64,000 bases of DNA, from positions 28,327,821 to 28,391,820 of the forward strand of contig NC_092379.1 of the NCBI RefSeq assembly GCF_030028105.1, given 5' to 3'. Numbering within the stretch: the first letter of the stretch is position 1; each line of letters begins with the position of its first letter. A program made the position numbers and the translations under genes. The notes beneath the pieces are model-generated. The model had not been told where the DNA came from. It saw only the letters and a program-made list of their open reading frames with translations, and ran no database searches. Shown piece by piece: positions 63,075-64,000 of the stretch. The DNA is from Mobula birostris. Its lineage: Eukaryota.

Positions 63075-64000
63075 TAAACAAAAGCTGGGTGTAATTGTAT
63101 TTACCGAGTTTCATTTTCGGAAGTTACAACCAGCGTTAATTCTCAGACACGATCCATTGTGTTTACCGACAGATATAATTTCCTTCACAAAAAAAAGTTA
63201 AAGTCGCAATGTATTTGGTTGAACACATCTGCAATTCAAAACATTGGACAATTATCAACATGAATGGCGCTTACTCTCAGAAATTAGTTCGCTTTATACG
63301 CAATGGGAGACCTGGAGACAATGAATCCTTAGGTTGCATCTTCGGAAACAACTCTATTTCTAACTTTAATATCTCTAATTTTCCCCTTTCAGTTTTCTTT
63401 TTTACAGCCTGACCTGCGGTTACTCGCTGTCGTCGGTTTGTTGCGGGAATTGGTCCGGCTCTCGTGGTCGCACGACTGGCCGTTATTCAATATTCCAAGA
63501 ACGCTGCCAAGCAAATTAGCACGTCTTCGGAATTCCGGGATTCCTTGGCTCTGGAGGTGGGCGGCATCGAGGTCGCTGCCAACGCAGGAAATCGCTGTTT
63601 CGTGAGGACGGAAGATATCTGACTGTGTGCCAAGAGACCCGAGATCTTTGGGCACAGAGCTCGGAAAAAGTGGCGGAACGGACGTTTGACATCGTAATTC
63701 ACTGAGTTGTGTGTTATGTCTCGTTTCTCGCTCTAAACGGCAGACACCTCTTTTTCACTTATTAGGAAGAGCGAGAGAATGTGGTATATATAATTACCAT
63801 GTGAATTAATAGCCTTTTAGGATACTGCAAGTCTGCGTGTTCAATGATGCTCTCTTCACACTTAAGTGCCCCGTGGAGGGCGCTGATGCTCGTTCGCTGG
63901 TTGGGGACGGTGTATTGTTGCTCTGCTGGTGCTTAACCGTGCGAGGAGGAAGTTAGGGTGGGGTGCTTTAGGGTTCCACCATTTAACTGTCATTCCTTCC

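Noticed and set aside
63410-64000. CpG-rich end of window as a host promoter
   Set aside because: Resembles 5' UTR sequence of abundant LINE families and runs off the window; cannot be assigned without a repeat search.

Overview
Eukaryotic, repeat-rich (AT-rich background) DNA from a cartilaginous fish. The evidence is elasmobranch-type CR1/L2/Penelope repeats and NAR-type T-cell receptor segments; the species cannot be fixed from the sequence alone. The window lies in the V-segment array of a T-cell receptor alpha/delta locus. Main content: (1) a complete NAR-TCR-type cassette on the + strand: leader + IgNAR-like V (37334-37808, 22-bp RSS), D (38203-38218, 12-bp spacers), J (38639-38682, 23-bp RSS) and a supporting TCR-delta V exon with a CDR1 cysteine (39692-39994, 23-bp RSS). 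Its J appears truncated and out of phase. (2) An intact conventional TCR Valpha/delta gene (59572-60047, 22-bp RSS) and a decayed paralogue (~11155-11700). (3) A possible degenerate IgH-like V (~14270-14820). These sit in several diverged tandem copies of a roughly 6-kb V-cassette, heavily invaded by CR1, L2, L1, RTE-X-like, Penelope (with hammerhead ribozymes), BEL/Pao, Gypsy/Gmr1 and SINE elements. There are two N gaps (4555-4729, 13139-13402). Most listed ORFs are retroelement fragments or chance ORFs. Family assignments come from remembered motif consensus, not database searches; identities are by-eye estimates.
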